Assembly: GCA_964411255.1 (NCBI GenBank)
Contig: CAYPKD010000004.1
Coordinates: 13,093 to 77,092, forward strand
Length of the DNA: 64,000 nt
Source of the DNA: an uncultured Gammaproteobacteria bacterium
GTDB taxonomy: Bacteria; Patescibacteriota; Patescibacteriia; UBA11705; DATKZF01
Reading direction: 5' to 3'
In this document: in pieces, positions 46,921 to 55,998 of the stretch
Layout of the letters: every line of letters begins with the position of its first letter
Position numbering within the stretch: the stretch's first letter is position 1
Notes under the pieces: model-generated
The model's database searches: none
Told to the model about the DNA's origin: nothing
Seen by the model: the letters and a program-made list of their open reading frames with translations, nothing else
Made by a program: the position numbers and the translations under genes

Positions 46921-48138
46921 TTATTTATTAATTATTTTTAGCATTTTGTTTGTTTTATTTATCCAATCATGTTTTTTGGCTGCTTCTTGTCTTTTGAGTT
47001 TTAGGTTTTTATCAGTTTCATTGATTGCATGGTTTATAAAACTATTAAACTCTTGTTTGTCTTTTGCAATATATAATAATTCTTTAAAATTATTCACCCC
47101 AGCACCCTCAGTTGTCACTACTGGCTTACCCAATGCTAAATATTCATACATTTTCATTGGATTCATGGACTGGACAAATTTGGTTAATTTATGTGGAATT
47201 ATGCAAACATCAAATTTGTTAATATATGAAGGCGCATATTCAAATTTAATTCTGCCTAAAAATTTTACATTCTCAAGCAGTTCCAGCTTATTTTTTATTT
47301 CTTTTTTTACATTTTTCCAGATTGGACCTGCCAATACAATCAATTTATCTTCATTTTTTTGAGCAATGAATTTTATCAAGTCAAAATCAATTCTATCCTG
47401 AATTGTTCCAATATAGCCAATGATTTTTCTTTTTTCATCGTCTATTACTGTTTGTTTTTGCAAATTTTCATCATTTGTGTAGTGATGATAATCAACACCA
47501 TTTGGAATCCAGTGCACATTGTCTTCTCTACCGAATTGTTTGTAAAATTCAGTTAATTCATCAGAAACTGTAAATATATAGTCTGCCTTAGCAGCAATTT
47601 TTTTATAATTGTTCATTAGCTTTTTCTTTTTTATTAATTTTAGATACGCTTTATGTTCCGTCCAGTTATCTACTGTATCAAATACAAATTGTTCATAATT
47701 AAGTTTGTTTAAAAAGTCTAAAAACATGGGATTATACGACCAAACGATTAAATTATCAAGATTTAATTTTTTTATTATTTTATTCAGTTCTTTGCTAATA
47801 GTTTTTGGAGACCAGACTGAGTCAACACTTGAATAAACATAAATTTTATCAGTCGCTTTATAGCAGGCGCTGGTCATGTCGCCATAAATGATTTGCTTAT
47901 TTTTTGAATTAAACAATAAATTATGATAATAATATTTTAGTCCGGGTTTCAGACTTATAGGCAAAAAGTCAACTGAAATAATTTTATTAATTGAATCATC
48001 TTTTTCCAAATTTTCTAAAATAAAATAATTGCGATTTACAATCCCGTTTTGCCAATCAGAATTGGCTGACATATTAAATATTAAAATATTACTCTTTTTT
48101 TTGATCATAATCTGATTTTTTTTGAACAGATTGCTCAA
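46921..48138 (-). CDS. family 1 (GT4-like) glycosyltransferase
   Basis: C-terminal ..EYLALGKPVVTTEGAGVNNF.. typical of GT-B group 1 transferases. Confidence 0.7.
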   Translation of the reverse strand: MSNLFKKNQIMIKKKSNILIFNMSANSDWQNGIVNRNYFILENLEKDDSINKIISVDFLPISLKPGLKYYYHNLLFNSKNKQIIYGDMTSACYKATDKIYVYSSVDSVWSPKTISKELNKIIKKLNLDNLIVWSYNPMFLDFLNKLNYEQFVFDTVDNWTEHKAYLKLIKKKKLMNNYKKIAAKADYIFTVSDELTEFYKQFGREDNVHWIPNGVDYHHYTNDENLQKQTVIDDEKRKIIGYIGTIQDRIDFDLIKFIAQKNEDKLIVLAGPIWKNVKKEIKNKLELLENVKFLGRIKFEYAPSYINKFDVCIIPHKLTKFVQSMNPMKMYEYLALGKPVVTTEGAGVNNFKELLYIAKDKQEFNSFINHAINETDKNLKLKRQEAAKKHDWINKTNKMLKIINK

Positions 48139-48577
48139 TTTTATTTTGAAGATCCTTTGTTTTTGATATTACATGAATTAGCTGCCTTTCCTCCTCCTCA
48201 TCCATTTGATTAAATTTTTTTTCATAAACTGTATTTAAGGCATTTAATGTGGTTTGCATTTTTTCCTGCAGGATTTTAAGCATTTCTTCCTTTGAAGGAA
48301 CTTTTTCTTTTAGAATTACCCGAGGACCAGAATGAAATCCCTGCTCATGCATTTGGCTTTCCTCATCTTCTGACCATGGTTCCTGAGTGCTTTCGCTTTC
48401 GATTACTAAAAACTTATCATCTTCCTTAAGCCATGTTATAAGCTGATCAATTTCGCAAATATCATTTTTTTCCTGCATTATCAAATCAAAAAGCTTATTA
48501 ATCGGGATTAAAACTTCCTCTTCTTCCTTTAATAATGTTTCAGCTAAATCTAAGATTTCTTTTTTTTGATCTGTCAT
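48089..48577 (-). CDS. hypothetical acidic protein
   Basis: ORF track. Overlaps neighbours by a few nt (operonic). Confidence 0.35.
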   Translation of the reverse strand: MTDQKKEILDLAETLLKEEEEVLIPINKLFDLIMQEKNDICEIDQLITWLKEDDKFLVIESESTQEPWSEDEESQMHEQGFHSGPRVILKEKVPSKEEMLKILQEKMQTTLNALNTVYEKKFNQMDEEEERQLIHVISKTKDLQNKIEQSVQKKSDYDQKKE

Positions 48578-49560
48578 ATTAATTGAGCTTGGTTATTTTC
48601 ATCATTGTCTTCATGCTTGCCTAAATAAATTTGTGTACCTTCAAGGCCAAACTGCTTGTCTGAAAATTGTTCTGGCGTATTAACGCCTAATTCATAGGCT
48701 TTAGCCGCAATGTTTGTTTTTGATGAAAGTTCATCTAAATAATTTAAAACTACTGCTTCTAAAAGCTGGGGTTTTACTGGACTTCCAAATTCCAGTTTGC
48801 CATGATGGCTTAAAATTAAGTGTAAAACCTTATCTTTTAATTCTTCTGGAAAATCTTTAATTTTATCCATTTCTTTTGCCACCTTGATAGTGCCAATTGG
48901 AATATGACCGACAAATTTGCCTTTTAAGGTCTGGAAAATCCTGGAATTGGTCTCCAGCTCATCAATTTTTCCAATATCATGAAGCAAAATTCCGGTAATC
49001 AGCAAATCTTTATTTATATTTGGATAATCCTTTAGCACAGGCTCAGCATAACCAAGCATTTCACTCACATGCTCCAGCAATCCGCCAACATATGCATGAT
49101 GAATCACTTTTGCGCCTGGAGCCTGCTTGAATTTTTCAGAAAATTCTTCATCTTTATAAAATTGATTAAGCAATGATTTTAAATGTTTATTTTGCATGCC
49201 TGATATATTTTTCTCAATAATTTTAAACATTTTATCAATGTCTTTTGATGTTTGTTGTAAAAAGTCACTGATTTCATAATCCTCAGTGATTTGCATGGAT
49301 TCAATGATTAGCTGTTTTTTGCCTTTATACTCATTAACTGCTCCGGAAATTAAAACAGCATCACCTTCTTTAGCGCTTTCACAGGTGTCCAGCTTATCTT
49401 CCCAGACCTTTGCATCAATTTCACCAGTCTTATCACCCAAGGTCAAACTCCAATATTCCTTATTTGAAGAAGTCTTTAATTTTTTTTGGCTTTTCACTAA
49501 AAATGTTTGGTCAATCAGGTCCTGGCCTGTTTTCAATTCATTTACAAATATTTTTTTCAT
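48574..49560 (-). CDS. YhaM-like OB-fold plus HD-domain 3'-5' exoribonuclease / phosphohydrolase
   Basis: N-terminal OB fold (..VKSQKKLKTSSNKEYWSLTLGDKTGEIDAKVWE..). HD motifs (..HHAYVGGLLEHV.., ..ILLHDIGK..). Confidence 0.75.
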   Translation of the reverse strand: MKKIFVNELKTGQDLIDQTFLVKSQKKLKTSSNKEYWSLTLGDKTGEIDAKVWEDKLDTCESAKEGDAVLISGAVNEYKGKKQLIIESMQITEDYEISDFLQQTSKDIDKMFKIIEKNISGMQNKHLKSLLNQFYKDEEFSEKFKQAPGAKVIHHAYVGGLLEHVSEMLGYAEPVLKDYPNINKDLLITGILLHDIGKIDELETNSRIFQTLKGKFVGHIPIGTIKVAKEMDKIKDFPEELKDKVLHLILSHHGKLEFGSPVKPQLLEAVVLNYLDELSSKTNIAAKAYELGVNTPEQFSDKQFGLEGTQIYLGKHEDNDENNQAQLI

Positions 49561-49563
49561 ATT

Positions 49564-50271
49564 TTATTTTAGATCAATTTCTCCTTTAATTTTACCTTCT
49601 TTTTTACGTTTTACCAGCTCCTTTATCATTTCTGTTTCATGCTCTTTTATATATACTCTTCCCCCAACATATATATCATCTGGTATTTTTTTATTTTTTA
49701 TTGAAGTTCCGGATAAACTTAGAGATCCTTCAACTCTAAGGCTATTGGGTAAACAATCTATATTTGCGTTCACAAAAGTACAAGTTTGTGTAACATGCAA
49801 ATTAGCTGGCATCTTTTCAACAGTTGAATTTACTAATGATAAATTGCCATTAATGCGTAAATTGTTTGGTAAAAACGATAACTTCATACTTCGTAAGTTT
49901 AGATCTGATTTTGTTTTTATTACTGGTAATTCATCTAATATAAAAGCTGCATCAACATAATTTGCCGCATTTTCCTCCCAGGAATAAATCTGAATTGCCC
50001 AGCTAATTAAATGAGCTCTGGCAACTTTAACGTCTTTAATCTCCTTTTCAACTTTTTTTTCTTTTATTTTAAGCAACTCATTTTTATAATCAGTATAAAA
50101 ATTTAATGCTTCCTGCAATTCTCCAGCTTTTTCCGCAGCTACTGCTTTATCCATAATCTCACCCAGAAAGTCCTTTTCTTCTGGAGTTAAAGGTACACGC
50201 TTAACCTCAGCCCGCCGCGGGCGGACCATTTTTAATTGACTTTCTAATGATTGAGGTTCTTCTGTTTTCAT
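49564..50271 (-). CDS. paralog family member C1
   Basis: N-terminal module MKTEEPQSLESQLKMVRPRRAEVKRVPLTPEEKDFLGEIMDKAVAAEKAGELQEALNFYTDYKNELLKIKE. C-terminal LPNNLRINGNLSL / LPNSLRVEGSLSL repeats. Tail ..KKEGKIKGEIDLK. Confidence 0.8.
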   Translation of the reverse strand: MKTEEPQSLESQLKMVRPRRAEVKRVPLTPEEKDFLGEIMDKAVAAEKAGELQEALNFYTDYKNELLKIKEKKVEKEIKDVKVARAHLISWAIQIYSWEENAANYVDAAFILDELPVIKTKSDLNLRSMKLSFLPNNLRINGNLSLVNSTVEKMPANLHVTQTCTFVNANIDCLPNSLRVEGSLSLSGTSIKNKKIPDDIYVGGRVYIKEHETEMIKELVKRKKEGKIKGEIDLK

Positions 50272-50274
50272 ATT

Positions 50275-50988
50275 TTACATTTCAGTTATTACTCTACCTC
50301 TGATATTACCTTCTGATTTTAATTGGTGGGCTTTGTTAATCACTTTTTTATTGCAATTTACAAGAAAAATATCTGCTCCAACATATAATTCATCTGGCAA
50401 ATCCTGAATTGTTGAATTATTCATATCTAGATTTCCATCAACATGCATATTTTCTGGTAAAGATTCAATTTGGGCGTGATCCATAAGAACGTCTCCATTC
50501 ACATCTAAATTTGTGCCAATCCATTCTTTTACTACAGCTCTATCCAGATCCAAACGTCCATAAATTGTTATATTTGCAGGAAATTCATCGATTACCTTAG
50601 CAGCCAATTCTAAATCTCCCACAGTCTCCAGTTTAGGGAGTTTTGGTATATCAAAAATTTTGTGAGCCTTTTCCTCAAAAGTCATTTCTTCTGGTGGTGT
50701 TTTAAAGACATTTTCAACCCACTTTACCAATTTTTCTTTTGTCCAGCCTGTTTCTTCTTTTTTTTCTTTTTCCCTTGTTTCTTTAATCCTTAACAATTCA
50801 TTCTTATAATCCGTGTAAAAATTTAAGGCCGCTTGCAATTCTCCTGCCTTTTCCGCAGCCACAGCCTTATCCATAATCTCACCTAGAAAAGCCTTTTCTT
50901 CTGGAGTTAAAGGTACACGTTTAACCTCATGGCGCCGCGGGCGAGCCATTTTGAGTTGGGATTCGAGTGATTGGGCTTTTTCCTTCAT
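50275..50988 (-). CDS. paralog family member C2
   Basis: Same N-terminal module. C-terminal repeats. Tail ..KSEGNIRGRVITEM. Confidence 0.8.
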   Translation of the reverse strand: MKEKAQSLESQLKMARPRRHEVKRVPLTPEEKAFLGEIMDKAVAAEKAGELQAALNFYTDYKNELLRIKETREKEKKEETGWTKEKLVKWVENVFKTPPEEMTFEEKAHKIFDIPKLPKLETVGDLELAAKVIDEFPANITIYGRLDLDRAVVKEWIGTNLDVNGDVLMDHAQIESLPENMHVDGNLDMNNSTIQDLPDELYVGADIFLVNCNKKVINKAHQLKSEGNIRGRVITEM

Positions 50989-50991
50989 ATT

Positions 50992-51645
50992 TTATAAAAA
51001 TTTTATTTCACCTTTGATCAGACCTTTTTCCTTTAATTTATTAAATTTATCCTTCAACTCATTAAGAGTTTTAATAGTTAATCCTATATCTTCTACATAT
51101 AAATTCCCACCAATAAATATTGAATCAGGGATATGCATATTTTCAATATCATAACCTGGTATTAATAAATTTGCGCCAACATGAAAGTTTTCAGGTAAAC
51201 TTTTTATTCTTGTATTTCTCAGCGTACAGCTACCTGCAACTTTAAAATTATTCGGTAATTCTGTGGCATTTGAATCTTCTAATTTAAAATTATCTTTAGT
51301 CCTAATTTCATTAGAGTCATCATCCATACAGGTAGGATCAAGCCATTGAAATATCCATTCCATTGGATTTCCTTCAATGAATTCATCAGCCCAAGCTTCT
51401 AGATCTGCATAACCCCAGGTTTGCTCTACTTTTTCCTTTATTTTCAACAATTCATCTTTATATTCTTGATAATATTCAATTGCCTTTGCTAATTCTCCAG
51501 CCTTTTCCGCAGCCACAGCCTTATCCATTATCTCACCTAGAAAAGCCTTTTCTTCCGGAGTAAGCGGTACACGTTTAATCTCAGCGCGTTTTGGGCGGGC
51601 CATTTGGAGTTGGGATTCGAGTGATTGTTCTGGAGTATTTTGCAT
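50992..51645 (-). CDS. paralog family member C3
   Basis: Same N-terminal module. Distinct Trp-rich middle (TWGYADLEAWADEFIEGNPMEWIFQWLDP). LPNNFKVAGSCTL / LPENFHVGANLLI repeats. Tail ..KEKGLIKGEIKFL. Confidence 0.8.
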   Translation of the reverse strand: MQNTPEQSLESQLQMARPKRAEIKRVPLTPEEKAFLGEIMDKAVAAEKAGELAKAIEYYQEYKDELLKIKEKVEQTWGYADLEAWADEFIEGNPMEWIFQWLDPTCMDDDSNEIRTKDNFKLEDSNATELPNNFKVAGSCTLRNTRIKSLPENFHVGANLLIPGYDIENMHIPDSIFIGGNLYVEDIGLTIKTLNELKDKFNKLKEKGLIKGEIKFL

Positions 51646-51650
51646 AGTTC

Positions 51651-52352
51651 TTATGTTATTTTAATATCACCCTTGATATCGCCCTGCTTTTTAAATTTCT
51701 CTATTTCTTTTACCATATCTGGGTCTGATTCACTTACATATACTTCTTCTTCAACATGTAAAGATTCAGGTTCTTTTTTATTATTTATTTCAGCTTTTGT
51801 CATATCTAAAAGACCTCCAATAATCATGGTTTTTGGTAATTGATTAATTTTTACAAATCTTAAAATACAATTTTCATTCGTATATAAAGCATTTGGCATT
51901 TTCTTAATAGTACAGTTGGTTGAAACAAAGCTCCCATTAACATGTAAAACGTTTGGCAAATCCTCAAGTATCATATTATTAAAGGTCATATTTCCTTTTG
52001 TTTGAATTATAGGTAATTCATCTAATACAAAATTTGCCTCTACATATCTCTCAGCTCTTTGTGTTGATAATCCTAGATTTCTTATAGCCCAATGAATTAA
52101 ATCTTGCTCAGTCCATTCCTTTTCTTCCTCTTCTTTTCTTTCTTTTATTTTTAGCAATTCATTCTTATAATCAGTATATAAATCCAAAGCTTCCTGCAAT
52201 TCCCCAGCCTTTTCCGCAGCCACAGCCTTATCCATAATTTTTCCTAAAAATTCCTTCTCTTCTGGTGTTAAAGGAACACGCTTAACCTCAGCACGCTTTG
52301 GCCGGGCCATTTTGAGTTGGGATTCTAAGGATTGTGGTTGTTCTTTTGGCAT
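51651..52352 (-). CDS. paralog family member C4
   Basis: Same N-terminal module. Tail ..KKQGDIKGDIKIT. Confidence 0.8.
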   Translation of the reverse strand: MPKEQPQSLESQLKMARPKRAEVKRVPLTPEEKEFLGKIMDKAVAAEKAGELQEALDLYTDYKNELLKIKERKEEEEKEWTEQDLIHWAIRNLGLSTQRAERYVEANFVLDELPIIQTKGNMTFNNMILEDLPNVLHVNGSFVSTNCTIKKMPNALYTNENCILRFVKINQLPKTMIIGGLLDMTKAEINNKKEPESLHVEEEVYVSESDPDMVKEIEKFKKQGDIKGDIKIT

Positions 52353-52380
52353 AAAGTCATTAGATATTTATCATTGTTCA

Positions 52381-52542
52381 TTAGGGTTTAAAATAGGGCC
52401 GCTGCTTTGGATTACGCAAAACTAACAGAAAGATTTCTCCATTCCGTCCGCCCTTGGCGGACTTCAGTCGAAATGACAAGCGAGGGCAGCGAGCCATTTG
52501 GAGTTGGGATTTGGGTAATTGTGGCTTTTCTTTTATGTTCAT
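52381..52542 (-). pseudogene. truncated paralog remnant: first 18 codons of a family gene (MNIKEKPQLPKSQLQMAR) fused to a copy of the hairpin repeat element
   Basis: Reverse-strand translation matches the family N-terminus up to QMAR and then reads into the repeat element (52385-52500, reverse orientation; about 85% identity to copy 1). Confidence 0.6.
52385..52500 (-). repeat. GC-rich hairpin repeat element, copy 3 (inside the truncated paralog)
   Basis: Reverse complement reads CGCTGCCCTCGCTTGTCATTTCGACTGAAGTCCGCCAAGGGCGGACGGAATGGAGAAATCTTTCTGTTAGTTTTGCGTAATCCAAAGCAGCGG. Collinear with copy 1, including the palindromic hairpin and the TAGTTTTG..CCAAAGC(A/T)GCGG tail. Confidence 0.55.
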
Positions 52543-52548
52543 ACGAAT

Positions 52549-53256
52549 TTAATTCTTCCAAATAATTTCTCCAATGATTTTCCCTTCACCTTTTAATTTA
52601 TTTAATAGGTCCATAACATTTCCATGAATTGGTTTATTCAAATACACATTGCCTCCAATGAAAATTGTATCTGATATTTTATTATCAATAAAAACTATGT
52701 CATCTAATATTAAATCTCCACTAATATTTAATAGGGCTGGTATTGTATCAATATTGGCTTTTTGTATTAATAAATTCTTATCAACAGTTAATGTCTGAGG
52801 CATTTTTTTAATGATACCTTGTATGGTCATAGATCCTTTTACATGAATATTTTCAGGTATCGTTTCTATATTGACATGTGAAGATAAATCTAAGTCTTTC
52901 TTGGCAATTATTTTGGGATATTCTTCAAAATCAAAATGCTCATCTACCCAGCTTTCACAATCTCTGGCAATTTCATGTTGTTTTGCCCATTCTATAAGAT
53001 CATTTCTTTGCTGCAGTCGTAAAGATTGCTCTTTTTCTAATCGTTCTTTAATCTTCAATAATTCATTCTTATATTCTGTATACAAATCCAAAGATTTTTG
53101 CAATTCCCCGGCCTTTTCCGCAGCCACAGCCTTATCCATAATGTCGCCTAAAAATTCTTTTTCCTCAGGTGTCAATGGTACACGCTTAACCTCAGCACGC
53201 TTTGGCCGGGCCATTTTAAGTTGATTTTCTAATGATTGCGGCTGTTCTTTCTTCAT
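52549..53256 (-). CDS. paralog family member C5 (track ORF extends to 53319; family-consistent start MKKEQPQSLENQLKMARP at 53256)
   Basis: Same N-terminal module. Start lies 1 nt after the AMMECR1 stop. Tail ..KGEGKIIGEIIWKN. Confidence 0.75.
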   Translation of the reverse strand: MKKEQPQSLENQLKMARPKRAEVKRVPLTPEEKEFLGDIMDKAVAAEKAGELQKSLDLYTEYKNELLKIKERLEKEQSLRLQQRNDLIEWAKQHEIARDCESWVDEHFDFEEYPKIIAKKDLDLSSHVNIETIPENIHVKGSMTIQGIIKKMPQTLTVDKNLLIQKANIDTIPALLNISGDLILDDIVFIDNKISDTIFIGGNVYLNKPIHGNVMDLLNKLKGEGKIIGEIIWKN

Positions 53257-53257
53257 A

Positions 53258-53791
53258 TTATTCTGAAAAAATTTCGGACTGATAAGAATAAATCTCGACT
53301 TTAGGATCTTTCCAAGCATCTTCTGGTAAGCCTGCCTTTAAGCATAAATTACTTAAAAAGTCTTCTTTTGTTTTAAAATGTTTCCAAACTTGAGGCAGGT
53401 ATGTGGCTTTTTCTGCACCATATTTTAATACAATGCCATCAATGCCGATTTTAATATGATCCAGCTTTACTTTTTCCGGAACGGTCAAAACTGATATTTC
53501 AATTTTAATATCTTTTAATTCATCGTTTTGCAAAGGTAAAAACCGAGGATCATCAAAAGCTGCAGCTAATGCATTTTGTTTTACTGCTTCCCAAAGTGAT
53601 GTAATTGCCTCAATATAACCAATACAGCCGCGCAATTCTTCATTCTTATGTAAAGTAACAAACACACCTCTGTGCTCCAGAAACTTTTTATTATCAGTTT
53701 GAGGATTAAAATCAGTACCCTCAAGCTTTGCTTCAATGCTTTTCCTTGCTAATTGCAATAATTCGATTTTTTCATAATCAAAAAAAGGCAT
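53258..53791 (-). CDS. AMMECR1-domain protein (AmmeMemoRadiSam system protein A family)
   Basis: ..GVFVTLHKNEELRGCIGYIEA.. The LRGCIG motif is diagnostic of AMMECR1. Confidence 0.85.
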   Translation of the reverse strand: MPFFDYEKIELLQLARKSIEAKLEGTDFNPQTDNKKFLEHRGVFVTLHKNEELRGCIGYIEAITSLWEAVKQNALAAAFDDPRFLPLQNDELKDIKIEISVLTVPEKVKLDHIKIGIDGIVLKYGAEKATYLPQVWKHFKTKEDFLSNLCLKAGLPEDAWKDPKVEIYSYQSEIFSE

Positions 53792-53846
53792 ATATTTTTC
53801 GCAAATATATATTGATATTATATAAAATATTGCAAAATTTAGCCAA

Positions 53847-54314
53847 TTAACTGTGGAACTTTAAATAGTATGCAAAAACACCCCAGGCAACTGCTACATT
53901 TAATGATTCTTTAATACCTTTCATTGGTAAATGAACTGTTTTATCTACTTTTAATAATAAACTCTTTGATATGCCCTCAACCTCATGTCCAAGAACAACT
54001 GCAATAGGAAATTGCGGCTTGAATTTGCGATAATCAATGCTGCTCTTTGTTTTTTCTAAAGCAATTATCTGATAGCCCTGCTTTTTCAAATCATCGATTA
54101 ATTTCCCTGGCTGTTTATAATATTCCCAGTCAACAGACTTTTCAGCATCAAGAGCTGTTTTTGTAATTTTCTTTTCATCTTTATCTGGTCTTGGCGTATA
54201 ACCAGTAATATATATTTTTTCAATATTGCATGCATCGCTTGTTCGAAAAATAGAACCTACATTATATGCGCTTCTAATATTTGGTAGTATAAGAATTATG
54301 TTTTTCTGTCTCAT
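53847..54314 (-). CDS. SpoU-family RNA 2'-O-methyltransferase, TrmL-like (about 155 aa)
   Basis: ..NVGSIFRTSDA.. SAM-binding knot motifs. Size matches TrmL/YibK. Adjacent to queA. Confidence 0.75.
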   Translation of the reverse strand: MRQKNIILILPNIRSAYNVGSIFRTSDACNIEKIYITGYTPRPDKDEKKITKTALDAEKSVDWEYYKQPGKLIDDLKKQGYQIIALEKTKSSIDYRKFKPQFPIAVVLGHEVEGISKSLLLKVDKTVHLPMKGIKESLNVAVAWGVFAYYLKFHS

Positions 54315-55336
54315 AAAATCAACATAGAATCTCCAAAACTATAAAATCTATACCCTTTCTGAATTGCCTTATTATAAATGCTCAATATTTTTGCTCGGCC
54401 TGTTAATGCGGCGATTAGCATAATTAATGAACTCTTTGGTAAATGAAAATTTGTGATAATTCCGTCAATAGTTTTGAATTTATATGATGGATAAATGAAG
54501 ATATCTACTTTGCCTTTCCATGCCTTTTTTATTTGCTTTTGGCCAATAGCTCCTTCCAAAACTCTGGCTGAGGTTGTGCCCACAGCAATAATTCGTCTGC
54601 CTTGTTTTTTTGCTTTTAATAATTTTTCTAAATTTGTTTTATTAATTTCAATACTTTCAGAATGAAGTTTATGTTTTTCTATATCTTCAGATCGTACAGG
54701 TGCAAAGGTTCCCAATCCTACATGTAAAGTTACAAAAGCAGTTTCAATGCCTTTTTTGTTTAATTTATTTAACACTTTTTTTGTAAAATGAAGACCAGCG
54801 GTAGGGGCGGCTGATGAACCAAATTGTTTCGCATATATTGTTTGATATTGTTTTTTAAGTTTTGCCTGCTTTTCATTTGATTTTATATAAGGCGGAAGCG
54901 GTACTAAACCTATTTTTTCGATAATTTTATAAAAATCTCCTGAATATTTGAACTTAACCTGCCATTCCATATCACTTATTCTATTTACTAACTCTGCCTC
55001 AAGTTTATCAGAAAATATTACTTTCATTCCTTTTTTCTTATTTTTTACTCCAACCAAAGCCTTCCAAGTCTTGTTTTCAATCTGTTCAAGCAGCAGAACC
55101 TCTACTTTGCCCCCTGTGAGCTTTTTACCAATCAATCTGGCTGGATATACTTTTGAATCATTAAAAACCAGCAGATCCCCTTTCTGTAAATATTTATCAA
55201 TATTAAAAAATTTATCATGAATAATCTTGTCTCTTTGTCTATTATAAACAAGCAGCCTCGATTTATCTCGAGGATGCAATGGTTTTTGAGCAATTAGCTC
55301 TTTTGGTAAATTATAATCAAAGTCTGATAGTTTCAT
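54311..55336 (-). CDS. queA: S-adenosylmethionine:tRNA ribosyltransferase-isomerase
   Basis: N-terminus MKLSDFDYNLPKELIAQKPLHPRDKSRLLV is a near-canonical QueA start. 341 aa. Confidence 0.9.
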   Translation of the reverse strand: MKLSDFDYNLPKELIAQKPLHPRDKSRLLVYNRQRDKIIHDKFFNIDKYLQKGDLLVFNDSKVYPARLIGKKLTGGKVEVLLLEQIENKTWKALVGVKNKKKGMKVIFSDKLEAELVNRISDMEWQVKFKYSGDFYKIIEKIGLVPLPPYIKSNEKQAKLKKQYQTIYAKQFGSSAAPTAGLHFTKKVLNKLNKKGIETAFVTLHVGLGTFAPVRSEDIEKHKLHSESIEINKTNLEKLLKAKKQGRRIIAVGTTSARVLEGAIGQKQIKKAWKGKVDIFIYPSYKFKTIDGIITNFHLPKSSLIMLIAALTGRAKILSIYNKAIQKGYRFYSFGDSMLIL

Positions 55337-55337
55337 A

Positions 55338-55997
55338 TTAAAAACGTTCTTTTATACCTAAAACTCGTCCTGCTCTTAAAGCCTCTAGAGCTGATTTGAT
55401 TAAAGCTTTATTATCTGGGCTTACATAAACTTTACCGTTTACAGTATTGAATTGAGGTAATGATTTTATGTTTAAGCCCCGCAAATCTAGATCACCATTC
55501 ACCTCTAAATGTTCAGGTAATTCTATTATGTTTTTAGAATCTTTTAATGAAAGATCTCCAATAATGTATAAATTCTCAGGTAAATATTCCAAATTATCTT
55601 CATTTTCAATGCTCAATGAGCTATTAATAATAATTTTTCCTGGAAAATCCTCATCAAATTCTACTGCTGAATTCACCCAAAATTTTGCAAATGAAATGTT
55701 TGTCAAATTCGTTTTAACCCAGTCAATAAGCCCTTTCCTGGCTTTTTCAATAATTTCTTGTTTTGACATTGTTTGGCTTTCCTTTCTTTCTTTTATTTTC
55801 AGCAATTCATTCTTGTAATCAGTATAAAATCCCAAGGCCTTTTCTAATTCTCCAGCCTTTTCAGCAGCCACTGCCTTATCCATAATCTCGCCCAGAAACT
55901 TCTTTTCTTCTGGAGTCAATGGCACGCGCTTAACCTCAGCGCGCTTTGGACGGGCCATTTTGAGTTGGGATTCTAAAGATTGGGATTTTTCCGGCAT
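55338..55997 (-). CDS. paralog family member D1
   Basis: N-terminal module MPEKSQSLESQLKMARPKRAEVKRVPLTPEEKKFLGEIMDKAVAAEKAGELEKALGFYTDYKNELLKIKE. LPENLYIIGDLSL / LPEHLEVNGDLDL / LPQFNTVNGKVYV repeats. Confidence 0.8.
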   Translation of the reverse strand: MPEKSQSLESQLKMARPKRAEVKRVPLTPEEKKFLGEIMDKAVAAEKAGELEKALGFYTDYKNELLKIKERKESQTMSKQEIIEKARKGLIDWVKTNLTNISFAKFWVNSAVEFDEDFPGKIIINSSLSIENEDNLEYLPENLYIIGDLSLKDSKNIIELPEHLEVNGDLDLRGLNIKSLPQFNTVNGKVYVSPDNKALIKSALEALRAGRVLGIKERF

Positions 55998-55998
55998 A

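Noticed and set aside
49286-49960. + strand 224-aa ORF spanning the YhaM/C1 junction
   Set aside because: It is antisense to two well-supported - strand genes. Its composition is low-complexity Ser/Leu/Phe, typical of AT-rich antisense frames.
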